Shown here: one piece after another, positions 38,876 to 49,924 of the stretch | Position numbering within the stretch: position 1 is the stretch's first letter | Layout: the number at the start of each line of letters is the position of its first letter | Source of the DNA: Eledone cirrhosa | Taxonomy: Eukaryota | Length of the DNA stretch: 64,000 bases | NCBI GenBank assembly: GCA_964016885.1 | Contig: OZ024755.1 | Span: 25,482,001-25,546,000 of the forward strand | Direction: 5' to 3' | The notes under the pieces: generated by a model | Told to the model about the DNA's origin: nothing | Databases searched by the model: none | Seen by the model: only the letters and a program-made list of their open reading frames with translations | Made by a program: the position numbers and the translations under genes

Positions 38876-41800
38876 CTACAGAACAATGTAGAGAGAAGGC
38901 CCATTTACACGGGCCATTCTCGCTTCTTTCACCCACCTTTCATAAAACTGTCTGGGACCAAGCACTTCTCTCTCCATCCTGATTCTTCTTCCGAAGTGGT
39001 ATCGGAAGAAGTAAACCAGGTGATGGCCGGAGAGAAAGTCACCCGACCTCAGACCTTTCAGGCGCGTCCACCACACAACCTCTTTCATCATGGCTATTAC
39101 GCACAGAAAGACCGCCTCTGCTTCATTTCTGAAGGGAGGAGGCGGCTTGATGTTCACCACAGACTCGGCGGTTAATCGAATCGGCGCCACACGCGACAGC
39201 AGTCGTTCGACGTAGCCCCACAGATCGGCAACGCCCGGGCAGTGTACCAGTGCATGCGCAACGGTTTCCTCGTCGCGCACGCATCTGGGACAGATCTTTT
39301 TCGCGGGATCCCTGCCCGGGCGCCCGTGTCTGTAGAGCTTTTCTCGAACGGGCAGAGCCCCCCGGTAACACTGCCAGGCCAGGGACCTCTGGAAGTTGTC
39401 CATGGGTCCCGGGCCGAAAGTTCTACCGAACAGGCTGGCCAGTTCGTCCTCCTCCATGCCTAGCGACTCTCCAAGGGTGTCGTCGCCCCTGCTAGCCACC
39501 AACCCTCTATAGAATGTCGAGGTGGATTCTCCACTGACAGTCGGGTCCGCTTGCCAGATAGCCGTGAGCGCCTGGGCACACTCAGTGTGCCAGTTGCCCA
39601 GTTTTCTCGGTCTTTGCTTCACCCAGGATTGCAGTTCGGTGAGCGAGACGAGCTGTGGGAAGGCTCGCCTCACAAACGGGGCCCACACCGGCTGACCGTT
39701 GAGGAATACCTGTAGATGCCGTAGCCTCAATGCGTGCCTACGCATCAACAGCCACGGCATACCCAGCCCTCCTTTCGAAGGGTGCTGGCAGCAGATGGAT
39801 CTCCTCACCATGGGAGGCCGCTTCTTCCAGAGGAACTGGAAGAGCATGCGTTCCATGATGGTGAGCTTTTCCTTGGGGCAAGGCACGACGGTCAGGCGGT
39901 AGTAGATGACGGACGCTATGTAAGCGTTCGTCACCTCCGCCCGACCTTTCAGTGATAGTTTGCACTTGGCCCACTTCTGGGTCAGCGCAAACACCCTGCT
40001 CGTCACCTCGCCCCAATTCTTCTCCACCTGGAGGTCCGGTCCGAACCAGACCCCGAGCAGCTTCACCGGGCCCTCCGTCCACCGCCCGACGACACCGTCT
40101 AACGGCATCGGTTTGCCCCTCCACGTTCCGAGTTGCAAACCGACTGACTTGTCCTGGTTCAGCTTGGCCCCCGTCAGCCTTTCGTATTCCTCCAGTAGGG
40201 TGGCGATCGCCCCGATTTCCGAGGCGTCCGCCACCATTACTGTTACGTCGTCGGCATAGGCCGAGACCGCTTTGTGCAATCCCGGTTCCAGGGGTATGCC
40301 CCGCAGCAACTCCAACTTCCGCAGCAGTGGCTCGAGAGTCAATACGTACAGAAGGGAGGAGAGGGGGCACCCCTGTCTGATGGATCGGGTGATTTGAAAC
40401 GGCTCCGAGAGGTAGCCGTTTACTTTAATCCTAGAGTAGATGTTGCCACTGTGCATGGCAGAAATCCAGCCCCTGAAAACGGGTCCGAAGCCCGCCGCCG
40501 CTAGCACCGCATCCAGGTAACCATGGTCGACCCTATCGAACGCCTTAGATTGATCCAAGTTGATCAGGGCCCCACCAAAGCCGGGTTCGTAGCCAACCCT
40601 CTCTATGATGTATCGCATGAGGTGGAGGTTGTCGTGAATGGACCTGGACGGGATAGCGCATGTCTGCGCGTCTCCCACCAAACCACCCACCACAAGCGCC
40701 AACCTCTTCGCCAACACCTTGGCCAAAATCTGTAACTCTGCATTCAGCAGAGTTATGGGCCTAAAGTTACTTAAGTCGTCCCCCTTGCTCTCGTCCTTCC
40801 TCACTAGCGTGACCACGCCCTTGGTCACAGAACAGGGAATTCTCCCGTTCTGTTGCCAGTTGCAATAGACAGCCTCGAGGAGTTCGGAGAACAAGACCGG
40901 CATAGCTAAATAAAGTTCGTATGGTAGACCATCGAGACCCGGGGATTTGCGTCTGCTGCATTGGCTGAGCGCTTCCCCGATTTCAGTGGCTGTGATTGGC
41001 CCTTCGCAGCACTCCGCTTCGCCGCTCGAAAGACGCGGTAGACCGTCGAGATATGGACCGAAGTCCACATCCCCGTCCGGCCCCCCGCCACCTCCGAACA
41101 GTCGAGCAAAGTGCCTTTGAAAGGTCTCGCACATTCGCTCAGGTTCAAGGATCACCCGTCCATCCTGGTCTCGCAAAGACCGAATGGTGGATTTAATCCC
41201 ACTCTTGGCTTCTGTCACGCGGGCCCAGCTAACAGCTTTGGTCCCCTCGTTTCCTAAAGCACGTATTTTACTTCGGACAACGCAGCCTTCGTGCTTCGCG
41301 TCAAAGAACTGGCTCAATGCCGTTCTCGTCGCTAACACTCTGGCTACGTCTCCGCTCCTAATCGCCTCTTCTAGTTTATCTGTTAACTCCCTTTCCCTCC
41401 TATTTCTATTCGCCGCTAGTTCCTTACTGTAACCTATCGAACTTACTCTAATCTCTCTCTTTAGAGATATCCACCACCTACTGTTGACGATCGCTCCCGT
41501 CAACCGCATCTTAACTAAGCTACTAATCCGGTTTCTGTAATCTTTCTTTGTCGGTAAGGACAAGTTCATCTTCCAGTAACCGGGACCCTGTCTATGCGTT
41601 CTATCAAGGTTGACCACGCAGGTCACTAATTTGTGATCTGAATAGCCAACCATGATCAGTTCTGGACAACTAAATACGTCCCTATCCTTACTCCTAACCA
41701 AAAACCTATCTAGGTACGATCTAGATTGTCCACTGCGGTTTGCCCAGGTCCAGGTTGGCGCAGTTGGACAATCTAGTCGAAATCTATCGACCAGGTCGAA

Positions 41801-42304
41801 TCGATCGAGTAACCCCTTGAGGCTGCTACACCCCCCTCTATCGGGACATGCCCCTGCATAGTCCCAACGCGCATCTAGGATTCCATTCCAGTCCCCCACT
41901 AAAAGCAGGGAACGCGACGTTCCTAGAAAAGTCTCCAGACGTTGGAAGAAGTCGGCTCTCTCCGCCCCGAAGGGAGCATAAAGACCGACCAGTCTGAAAG
42001 CCCCGCCTTCACCACCTCCGACGTCCAGCACCAGTAATCGACCCCCCGGGTCCGAGTGAACAATCTGTACGTCGAGAGTCAGACGTTTATCCAGCAGTAC
42101 GGCAACTCCCCCCCCGCCTCCGGGTTGACAGAGAGATGCGTGCATCTCAAAGTCATCGAAGGCGGGCGCCAGCTGTCTCACGCTGCTGATCCGACTCTCG
42201 CAAACAACCATCACATCTATACTTTGTGACCTGAGGTCACTTAGAAGCTTTGCTTGCTTCCAAGCTGAGCTCAGGCCGCGCGCGTTCAAACAGCCAACTC
42301 TCAA
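38876..42304 (-). CDS. ORF2: APE endonuclease - reverse transcriptase - CCHC zinc finger (1142 aa)
   Basis: CLNARGL, VGDWNG, SYLDRF, YSDH (APE); KSPGLDG, FRPITLLN, LDQSKAFDRVDH, RQGCPLS, YADD (RT); CPRC...ETVAHALVHC. Uninterrupted, but no ATG at the N-terminus. Confidence 0.96.
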   Translation of the reverse strand: MRVGCLNARGLSSAWKQAKLLSDLRSQSIDVMVVCESRISSVRQLAPAFDDFEMHASLCQPGGGGGVAVLLDKRLTLDVQIVHSDPGGRLLVLDVGGGEGGAFRLVGLYAPFGAERADFFQRLETFLGTSRSLLLVGDWNGILDARWDYAGACPDRGGCSSLKGLLDRFDLVDRFRLDCPTAPTWTWANRSGQSRSYLDRFLVRSKDRDVFSCPELIMVGYSDHKLVTCVVNLDRTHRQGPGYWKMNLSLPTKKDYRNRISSLVKMRLTGAIVNSRWWISLKREIRVSSIGYSKELAANRNRRERELTDKLEEAIRSGDVARVLATRTALSQFFDAKHEGCVVRSKIRALGNEGTKAVSWARVTEAKSGIKSTIRSLRDQDGRVILEPERMCETFQRHFARLFGGGGGPDGDVDFGPYLDGLPRLSSGEAECCEGPITATEIGEALSQCSRRKSPGLDGLPYELYLAMPVLFSELLEAVYCNWQQNGRIPCSVTKGVVTLVRKDESKGDDLSNFRPITLLNAELQILAKVLAKRLALVVGGLVGDAQTCAIPSRSIHDNLHLMRYIIERVGYEPGFGGALINLDQSKAFDRVDHGYLDAVLAAAGFGPVFRGWISAMHSGNIYSRIKVNGYLSEPFQITRSIRQGCPLSSLLYVLTLEPLLRKLELLRGIPLEPGLHKAVSAYADDVTVMVADASEIGAIATLLEEYERLTGAKLNQDKSVGLQLGTWRGKPMPLDGVVGRWTEGPVKLLGVWFGPDLQVEKNWGEVTSRVFALTQKWAKCKLSLKGRAEVTNAYIASVIYYRLTVVPCPKEKLTIMERMLFQFLWKKRPPMVRRSICCQHPSKGGLGMPWLLMRRHALRLRHLQVFLNGQPVWAPFVRRAFPQLVSLTELQSWVKQRPRKLGNWHTECAQALTAIWQADPTVSGESTSTFYRGLVASRGDDTLGESLGMEEDELASLFGRTFGPGPMDNFQRSLAWQCYRGALPVREKLYRHGRPGRDPAKKICPRCVRDEETVAHALVHCPGVADLWGYVERLLSRVAPIRLTAESVVNIKPPPPFRNEAEAVFLCVIAMMKEVVWWTRLKGLRSGDFLSGHHLVYFFRYHFGRRIRMEREVLGPRQFYERWVKEARMARVNGPSLYIVL

Positions 42305-42309
42305 TTGAT

Positions 42310-44146
42310 CTATTTTGGTGTTGAAAGTGAAGAAAGAAAAGCACTTACCTCTCCGGGTTGCGTAATTTCCATGGCATCAGGTGTGTTGGGTGGAGGGATG
42401 TTTTGTGGTGGTGTGGGGGTACACGTGTGTGGTGGGGTTGGGGTATTTGGAGTTGTGTCAGGGAGAGGGGCGGTTATGGGGAAATCTTTCAAGAGGACGC
42501 GATTCAACGGTTTTAAACAGGGAGGGCTCACGTCCCGTCTAAATTGTTCTTTTAAGGAACGATAAAGGTCCAGAGGGACCTTTATCATTTTTAAATGGGT
42601 GAAGTTCTCTGTTGAGATAAAGTTTGGCCCTTCGGTCTGCACCATAGGGTTATTGTTTATTAATTTAACCAGTTTTTTGTTTTCTTTATTTATATATGTG
42701 TATTGCAACGTCTTTTTTTGTGATGCTGTCAATGTTTCGGAGAGGGGAGGCGCAGATTTATTTTTGTTTGTTGAGGGTGGGGTGTTTTTGATTGGAGTTG
42801 GTGTTTGTGTGTGGGTTATTTGTGGTGTGCTGGGTGTGTGTTTTCTTTTTTTTCTTTTAACTTGTCTGAAGGCTTCTCCTCCTTCTTCTTCAGAAGTTGG
42901 GGGAAACTCTTCAGCGCTAGGTGGGAGGGACGTGTTGTGTGGTTGTTTTTTTTTTGCGGGAGGGGTAGATTTGTTACTGTTTTTTTTATTATTTGTTTGG
43001 AATGGGTTTTGTGGTGGTGGTGGTGGTAATGTTTGTGTCGTGCTTGTGGTTGGTAATGGTGGTGGTGATGTTTGTGTTGTGGTTGGTGGTGGTGATTTTT
43101 GTGTCGTGCTTGTGTTTGGTGCTGGTGGTGGTGATGTTTGTGTTGTGTTTGTGGTTGGTGGTGTCTGTATTTTGTTTGCTGTGTGTGGTATTAGTGTATT
43201 TTTGGAGGTGGGTGGTGCTGGTGTACTGTTTGTGGTGGGTGTGGGCAATAGTCCTTTTTGGGGGATACGTTTCGGGCAGTTAGCCTTAACGTGTCCCCTT
43301 TCCATGCATAAATAGCATGCTGGTCTTCTCCCCTCTACAATTATGTCTATTGGGGTAAGGTCATCCAGCCAGATGCGATCCGGGATTTGTGCTATTCTTT
43401 CGGGCCTCATTTGGACTAGTATGTCGAGGCCCATTCCCAGGAACGCATCTCCAGTTGCCTTCCCCATTGACAGCATAGTGTCTTCGCCCATATCAATGAA
43501 GCCAGCAATAGCCCACCAGAAGTCCATTGTGGGCAGCATTGTTTTTACTTTTACCCTCTGTGTTCTTCTACCCATGTAGGAGGGATAGAAGCTATATGTT
43601 GTCGACGAGAGTGGGCTTAGGGAAAGCTGAACCGCCGTTTCTTTGTCTCTTGTTAGGACCGAAATGCTGCCATAGAGTCGGTCCTTTCGTATGAAGAGAA
43701 TATTCTTCATATAGTCTTTTAGGACTAACTCTATTTCCATTTGGCTGGGCTGTGCTGGCTTTCTTGACTGGTTTAGTATAGTTCTGTATATAACTGTGTT
43801 TTCTGCTCTGGCTTTCTTGAATTCTGGGGGGGGAGTTAATGGAAAACATTCCGTTTTCCCCCAAAACAATATGTTTCTTTGCTTCGGCCAGTTTTTCTCT
43901 GGCGGCAGTTAGGTCAATTGGTGTGTATGTAATGGATTGCTTTGTTTTCTGGGCGAAAGTTGCCCTGTCGTTATTTGTATTATTTTCTGTTTGTTTGTTT
44001 TCTGTTTGCTCATTTTCCTTAACATTTGTTTTTTCATTTTGTTTGTTTGTTTCAATGTCTAATTTTGTTGTAATTATTTTTTGTTCTTCAGACTTGGGGG
44101 GCGTGGCAGAGCTAATGGCAGACATGTCTGCCATCTTTTCCGCCAT
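42310..44146 (-). CDS. ORF1 gag-like nucleic-acid-binding protein with a one-base frameshift at 43826-43833
   Basis: ATG at 44146 (MAEKMADMS); CYLCMERGHVKANC knuckle (C-x2-C-x4-H-x4-C); Pro/Thr-rich region; basic KRKKRK. The two track ORFs join if the C8 run is C7. Confidence 0.85.
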
Positions 44147-44369
44147 GCTGCCAAGAAAGAAATTTTTCGGCAAAAATAGATATTTATTTTACCCCCTAAA
44201 AAGGGGGTAAATGCAAAAATGTTTCCCTAAATAACAGGGGTTAGTGTTCCAAATGTGTTGCACTAAAAAATTTATCCGGTACTTACAATAGTAAGGGTAA
44301 ATCCCGATGGAATAGCGGAGCCGATGCGAAGCGTGTCTTACTCTATCAAGATAGATAGATAGATAGATA

Positions 44370-44598
44370 TGTTTCTTTATTAGCCACAAGGGCACAAAAG
44401 AAGGGGACAAATACAAAGGGGGAAGTTTACATACAATAAAAACGTGTAAAATGTTATCACAAATGCAATTTGAAAAATTAGTCGATTTTCCCCAATAGAG
44501 GGAGACAGTTTATATGGGTAACACATACCCCCGAAAAAATGTGAAACCCTCATCTCCAGGAGTACGAAGAGTTTGTACTCCTTTCCTCTCCTCCTCCT
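44370..44598 (-). mobile_element. 5'-truncated Tx1-type 3'UTR copy inside (GATA)n
   Basis: Nearly identical to 35862-36090; GATA tracts at 44350-44369 and 44600-44619. Confidence 0.9.
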
Positions 44599-44600
44599 AG

Positions 44601-44633
<33 letters not shown>

Positions 44634-44865
44634 ATTTTGAACGCAGGAGAACAGCTGTGAAAAGAGCTTTTAGATAATGAGGTGGGGTGGCTTTTCTAGT
44701 ACGCCTCCCTCGCCGTCCTCCAGGGCAACATATTCCCCATCTTGTCGGCCGGGACCCAGAAGTGGAGGGTAAGTTAGTTTAAGGTGGAGGTTATTCGTTC
44801 GGACGTCAGACATTTCCTCTTCTTCCCAGAAGTTGTTTCTGGAAAAGAGTTGAAGAGGAAATACT

Positions 44866-45119
44866 GATTTCTAGTATAGGCACACGGCCAGTAATTTGGG
44901 GAAGGGGAAAGTCAATTAAATCGACCCCAGTACGTTACTGGTACTTTATTTTATCGACCCCGTAAGGATGAAAGGCAAAGTTAACCTCGGCGGGATTTGA
45001 ACTCAGAGAGCAGAGAACCAGAACAAATACCATAAAGCATTCTATCCGACGTTCTAATGACTATGACAATTTGCCACCTTAAAAGTGTGGAAAAACAGAC
45101 GTAAAGTTGATGATGATGA

Positions 45120-45182
<63 letters not shown>

Positions 45183-45476
45183 ATAGCTATCATTTTCCTG
45201 TAAAGGACCGTAACTCTATGCTGCAAAGCATGGTGTCCGACTCTCTACCGATACTGCCGATCCATCGCCCTGTGAAGAGGAAATAATTGTTTCTACTTTT
45301 GGCACAAGGCCACCAATTATTCCAGTGTATTACTGGTACTTTATTTTATCGACCCCGTAAGGATGAAACGCAAAGTTAACCTTGACGGGATTTGAACTCA
45401 GACCGTAATGGGACGTAACTCTATGCTAGAAACCATGGCATCCAACCTTCTACCGATACTGCCAATTCACCCCCCT
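44866..45476 (-). mobile_element. cluster of three SINE family 1 copies/fragments (44866-45080, ~45200-45270, 45285-45476)
   Basis: Reverse complements of 1517-1707; TGAAGAGGAAAT flanks at 44851, 45272 and 45478. Confidence 0.85.
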
Positions 45477-45751
45477 ATGAAGAGGAAATTATGAACGAAA
45501 GCTTGTGCCAGTTGAAAGATTTCCAAAGAGATCACTAGACCAAATAACTAAACTCAACAACTGCAGCCTCCAATGAAAGCGGTAAAAACCAGTTAGACCA
45601 TTACTCACCAGAGTACTCGATACTTGGGGTAGTAGAGTGGGTAATATGAAAAATCCGGATCCCCTGACCTCCTAACAGATAGTTTGAATCTAGCTGTTGA
45701 AGCGGCAGGTTCTCAGAAGTCGCGGTCGCGAATTTTTCATATATACATATA

Positions 45752-45932
45752 TAAGTTTATCCTGGGTACAATCGGGGGTAACCAAAGTGAGTAAGGTACT
45801 CAAGACATAGCAGAGTATAAATATTTAATATAGAAATGGTTTCTACAGGACTAGAACTGTTTCATTCGGGAGAAATCATCAGGAAGCCTGATGATTCCTC
45901 CAAAATGAAACAGTTCTAGTCCTGTAGAAGCC

Positions 45933-45936
<4 letters not shown>
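45752..45936 (-). mobile_element. hammerhead element family A with a head-to-head inverted duplication
   Basis: TCATCAG-GAAGC-CTGATGA junction; minus-strand core at 45838-45888 and plus-strand core from 45888. Confidence 0.82.
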
Positions 45937-45961
<25 letters not shown>

Positions 45962-45963
<2 letters not shown>

Positions 45964-46152
45964 GGAAAAAGTATGACCCCGACGGCAGAGCTCAAGCCGT
46001 TTCGACGGCTATTTCAGTCCAGAAATAGCCGTCGAAACGGCTTGAGCTCTGCCGTCGGGGTCATACTTTTTCCTATTACCCACTCTACTACCCTAAGTAT
46101 TGAGTACTCTGGTGCGTTATGGTCCATCTGGTTCCTTACCACAATTCCTTCG

Positions 46153-46156
<4 letters not shown>
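45962..46156 (+). mobile_element. TA-embedded element family B with palindrome
   Basis: TAGGAAAAAGTATGACCCCGACGGC...GCCGTCGGGGTCATACTTTTTCCTA; flanked by (TA)n. Confidence 0.8.
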
Positions 46157-46213
<57 letters not shown>

Positions 46214-46558
46214 TATATAACCCCTCTCTTTCTCTCTTACTTCCTTTCTCTGTCTCCTACTCTGGGTTTTGCTTTCTTTTCTTTGTTTTCATTTCTATTT
46301 GTTATTTTGTTTTGTTTTAGTATCCAGAAAGTTCCAGACAGTAATTTTGGAAATATTAGCGAGTAAATTACTGCTCCAAGTTAACTTAGAAGATAAATAA
46401 ACTTTTAGCTACAACACTTATGTCCATGTTTATGTAAACGGAATAATATCAAGTCCACACGTATTTGCACTCTATCAACGGACTTACATACACGCTCCTA
46501 AGCACACGCTCACTTAAATGCAAACACCCACATGCATACACACACACACACACTCACT

Positions 46559-46644
<86 letters not shown>

Positions 46645-46749
46645 TGCACTCTATGTACGCACTTACAACCCTTTACACACACACACACAGAAATAGCAGC
46701 CAATTCCCCCCTCAAAACATACCCTACTATATTATACAAACAAACACAC

Positions 46750-46780
<31 letters not shown>

Positions 46781-46863
46781 TATATACACACACACACATA
46801 TATACACACACACACATATACATATATATATACACTCACACACATATATACACACACACACAC

Positions 46864-46894
<31 letters not shown>

Positions 46895-47039
46895 TATATA
46901 CACACACACACATATATACACACACATATATATATATATATACACACACACACATATATACACACACACACATATATACACACACACACATATATACACA
47001 CACACACATATATATATATATACACTCACACACATATAT

Positions 47040-47071
<32 letters not shown>

Positions 47072-47774
47072 TTATAGATAGATAGATAATATATAGATAT
47101 ATTCATATTTTTATAGGTCCACAAACAGCAAAAATATGAATGTATACAAATGCGTTTATAAATAGACATTTAAACATATACACACGCTGTCTATCTCTCC
47201 CCTACACATACATACATATATTTATGAATTTATATAGTATCTTAATTGTTGTAGGTGTACATGCGTATATATGTGTGTGTGTGTGTGTCTATGTGTGTGA
47301 ATGTGTATATATATGAAGTTAGTGTTGCATAAACACATATCTACAGATTTCCACATACACGCATGCATCTATATATACTGTTAGATAATGCATGCATTCA
47401 TGAATACATGGTGGCTGCCAACTCGTTTTCGAGTACAGCCACTACTTTATATCCATGTAGGAGAACCCCTACCGATGCGCTGAACGAGTGTGACTTTTTA
47501 GTCCAGCCAGCGACTTGAAAACTCTGGTACAAACACTACACTTGTGACAATTATTGACACATAGTGCTGGGCCCATGGTACCATGTGACGACAAGGGCAG
47601 AGAGATCTCCAGATATAAAGCAATGCCTGTGCCGTGAAGCTTTTATAGTGAGCAAAGGCACTGCACAAAGCCAGTCCCACTCTCTTAACCAAGATGATAT
47701 TTAACAAAAAGAAGAACAAGTCAACATCATTGGATACCATCAGAGTTGCAGGTGTTATATCAGAGTTTTCCTTC

Positions 47775-47952
47775 TAGAATTCTGCCTTGACAAAGGCTAA
47801 GGGTTCATCTCTCCCGGTGATTTTGGATGGCCATTGACTCTTAAGATCTCCTTTGACAGGTTTTGTTTTTAGTCCTGCAGGATGTTCAAAGTCACCCTCC
47901 TCACCAAGAAACCTTGGTGGGGTTGCCAGTTTAGTCGCCAACGACCCGACCA
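47775..47952 (-). repeat. dispersed repeat homologous to 23225-23360 (possible LINE 5'UTR)
   Basis: Shared TTGG(C/T)GACTAAAC, CACCAAG...CTT(G/A)GTGAGGA, AAAAACAAAACC and AAGAGTCAATGGCCATCCAA blocks. Confidence 0.6.
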
Positions 47953-49046
47953 TGAATACATACAGACATGCATACATACATACATACGTACGTATATAGA
48001 AACACACATAGATACATAGAAACATACACATACATACATTCATACACTCATACCTATACACATACATACAAACGTACAGTACTTAACACATCTATAATGA
48101 CCAACACAACACAGATAGAATATTGAGTCAACCCATCCCCAGCCATGATTGGGGGGGGGGGCAAGAAATGATCTTTATCGACATGTTTACGTATATGTGG
48201 TGTGTGTGCGTGTGCGCGTGTGTGTGTGTACGTTGTTAGAAGGGACAGTGTGTGTGATATTTTTTATGGAAATAGGGTAAACATTATTCTTATATATACA
48301 AGGGCGGTGGGGCAAATTTGGTCAATATAGTTGTAATTACTAAATAGCTGAACATAATAGAAATAGCAGCTAATTCTCCCTCAAATCACATCCTACAGTC
48401 TTATGTTTGTATGAGCTAATGGTAACTAGAGCTGTTAAAAGTAGGAGCCAAATCTCCCTCAAAATAATTACTTATATATTTGTATAAGTCAATGTGGTAG
48501 ATTTTCCTCTACATAGTATCTGGATCCATCAGAAATAGCAGCCAATTCCTCCCTCAAAACATACCCTACTATATTTTCTATGTATATATACCAACGAAGA
48601 CTAATCTCTATATTTTGGTTAAACCTGCTAGAAATAGCAGCCAAATTATCCTCAAACAATACATTAGTGCCTCTAGGTGTGTAAGAGTTGCCAGAATATA
48701 GTAGATTTATTTCATTATTCTAAAATAATAATTAGTATTGATAATATCATAGGATTTCTACAATTAGGAATTGCGAGGGGGGAAAAGGCTTCTTTTTTTT
48801 TATATAATATAACTTCATCAACGTATTAATTATCTACATCATTAAAAAAAAACACCCCCCCAAAAACACCCCAAAACTATCTCTGAAAAATCTTATTTAT
48901 TATTTTAAAATAAGAATAGAAAGTTATTTGAACAAAAATTCAAGATGTGGCGAGCACTAAACTTTGATTATGTCGGTAAATTTTAATCCTTACACTCGTC
49001 TACGAGAAAAAGGTTCGAGACATCGTTTGAGTGAAACAAAGAAAAC

Positions 49047-49412
49047 TACCTTGTTTCTTTAAGACAGGTTTTATATTATTTTTCCCTAAAAGAAAGGTGG
49101 TGCACTAGGGCTTAGTTTCGTAGTAGGGCTTATATTTTTATACAAACAATAACAGCTCAAGAATTTTGATAAAAATATCATTATACTGATGTCAAAAATA
49201 AAGGATATATATATTAGAATTAAAATTAATATCGCTACAATAATTGATTATGTTAGTAAACAACAATACTCTGGAAGTCTACGTTTTATATTATTTTTTG
49301 TATTATTTTTCCTCGCAAAAATGTGCTAGAGCTTATTTTTAGGATAGGGCTTATATTGAACAGCAACATAAACATTGTGTCAGGGCTTATTTCAGGAGTA
49401 GAGGAAACACGA
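49047..49412. mobile_element. decayed pogo/Tigger-type MITE
   Basis: TACCTTGTTTC...GAGGAAACACG ends with repeated internal AGGGCTTAT motifs. Confidence 0.5.
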
Positions 49413-49834
49413 AAGTTGTTTACGAGAGTTTTGAAGGCTATATTCGTTCAAAAAGCATCAAAATTTATAGGAAAAGACCAAAATTTTATCCTCAAAATTC
49501 TATCAACTAACAACTCTGAAGATTAAAAATAAAAACTCTATTATAGTCTGGGAGATAAGGTGTAATAATAAAAAAATGACTATTATGTTTTGTCAGTTCT
49601 CAAAGACTACATCGCACTTGGGAATGTACCAAAATGTTATGCTCAGTTAAAAAGCTTCTCCCTGCAAAAAGAATCGACTTTATTAAAGATACCAAATGTC
49701 CAGGCATTGCTTGTAATATCCCTCGACATTTGTGAAAAACAATATTTAAAAAAATTAAGGACTTCCTAACTTACTGTTGGTATAAGGTGTTCTGTAAGTG
49801 TCAACTTTGTAAATCCCTCACTTGGCTATTTGAA

Positions 49835-49920
49835 ACTACGTCATTACGCATGCGTGAACCCTTTTCTACTTCCGATCCTCTCTTCGTCGCTACGACGTAA
49901 CACCGGAAGTGGTTACCTGC
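49835..49920. promoter_or_regulatory. CpG-rich promoter-like motif cluster
   Basis: TACGTCA (49837), ACGCATGCGT (49846, NRF1-like), ACTTCCG (49868) and CCGGAAGTG (49903, ETS). Confidence 0.5.
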
Positions 49921-49924
49921 TCTT

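Larger units (their letters stand above)
38644..44349 (-). mobile_element. near full-length L1/Tx1-clade non-LTR retrotransposon inserted in (GATA)n
   Basis: 5'UTR, ORF1, ORF2 and a 3'UTR ending AATAAATAGAAATTT(ATCT)n; (GATA)9 at 38608-38643 and (GATA)5 at 44350-44369. Confidence 0.95.

Noticed and set aside
42310-42348. Intron (GAG/GTAAGT...pyrimidines...TAG) fusing ORF1 to ORF2
   Set aside because: Only 39 nt long, and splicing keeps the ORF1 frame and hits TGA two codons later, so no fusion results.
39123-43579. Antisense and alternative-frame ORFs inside the LINE
   Set aside because: By-products of GC-rich or low-complexity coding sequence; no motifs.
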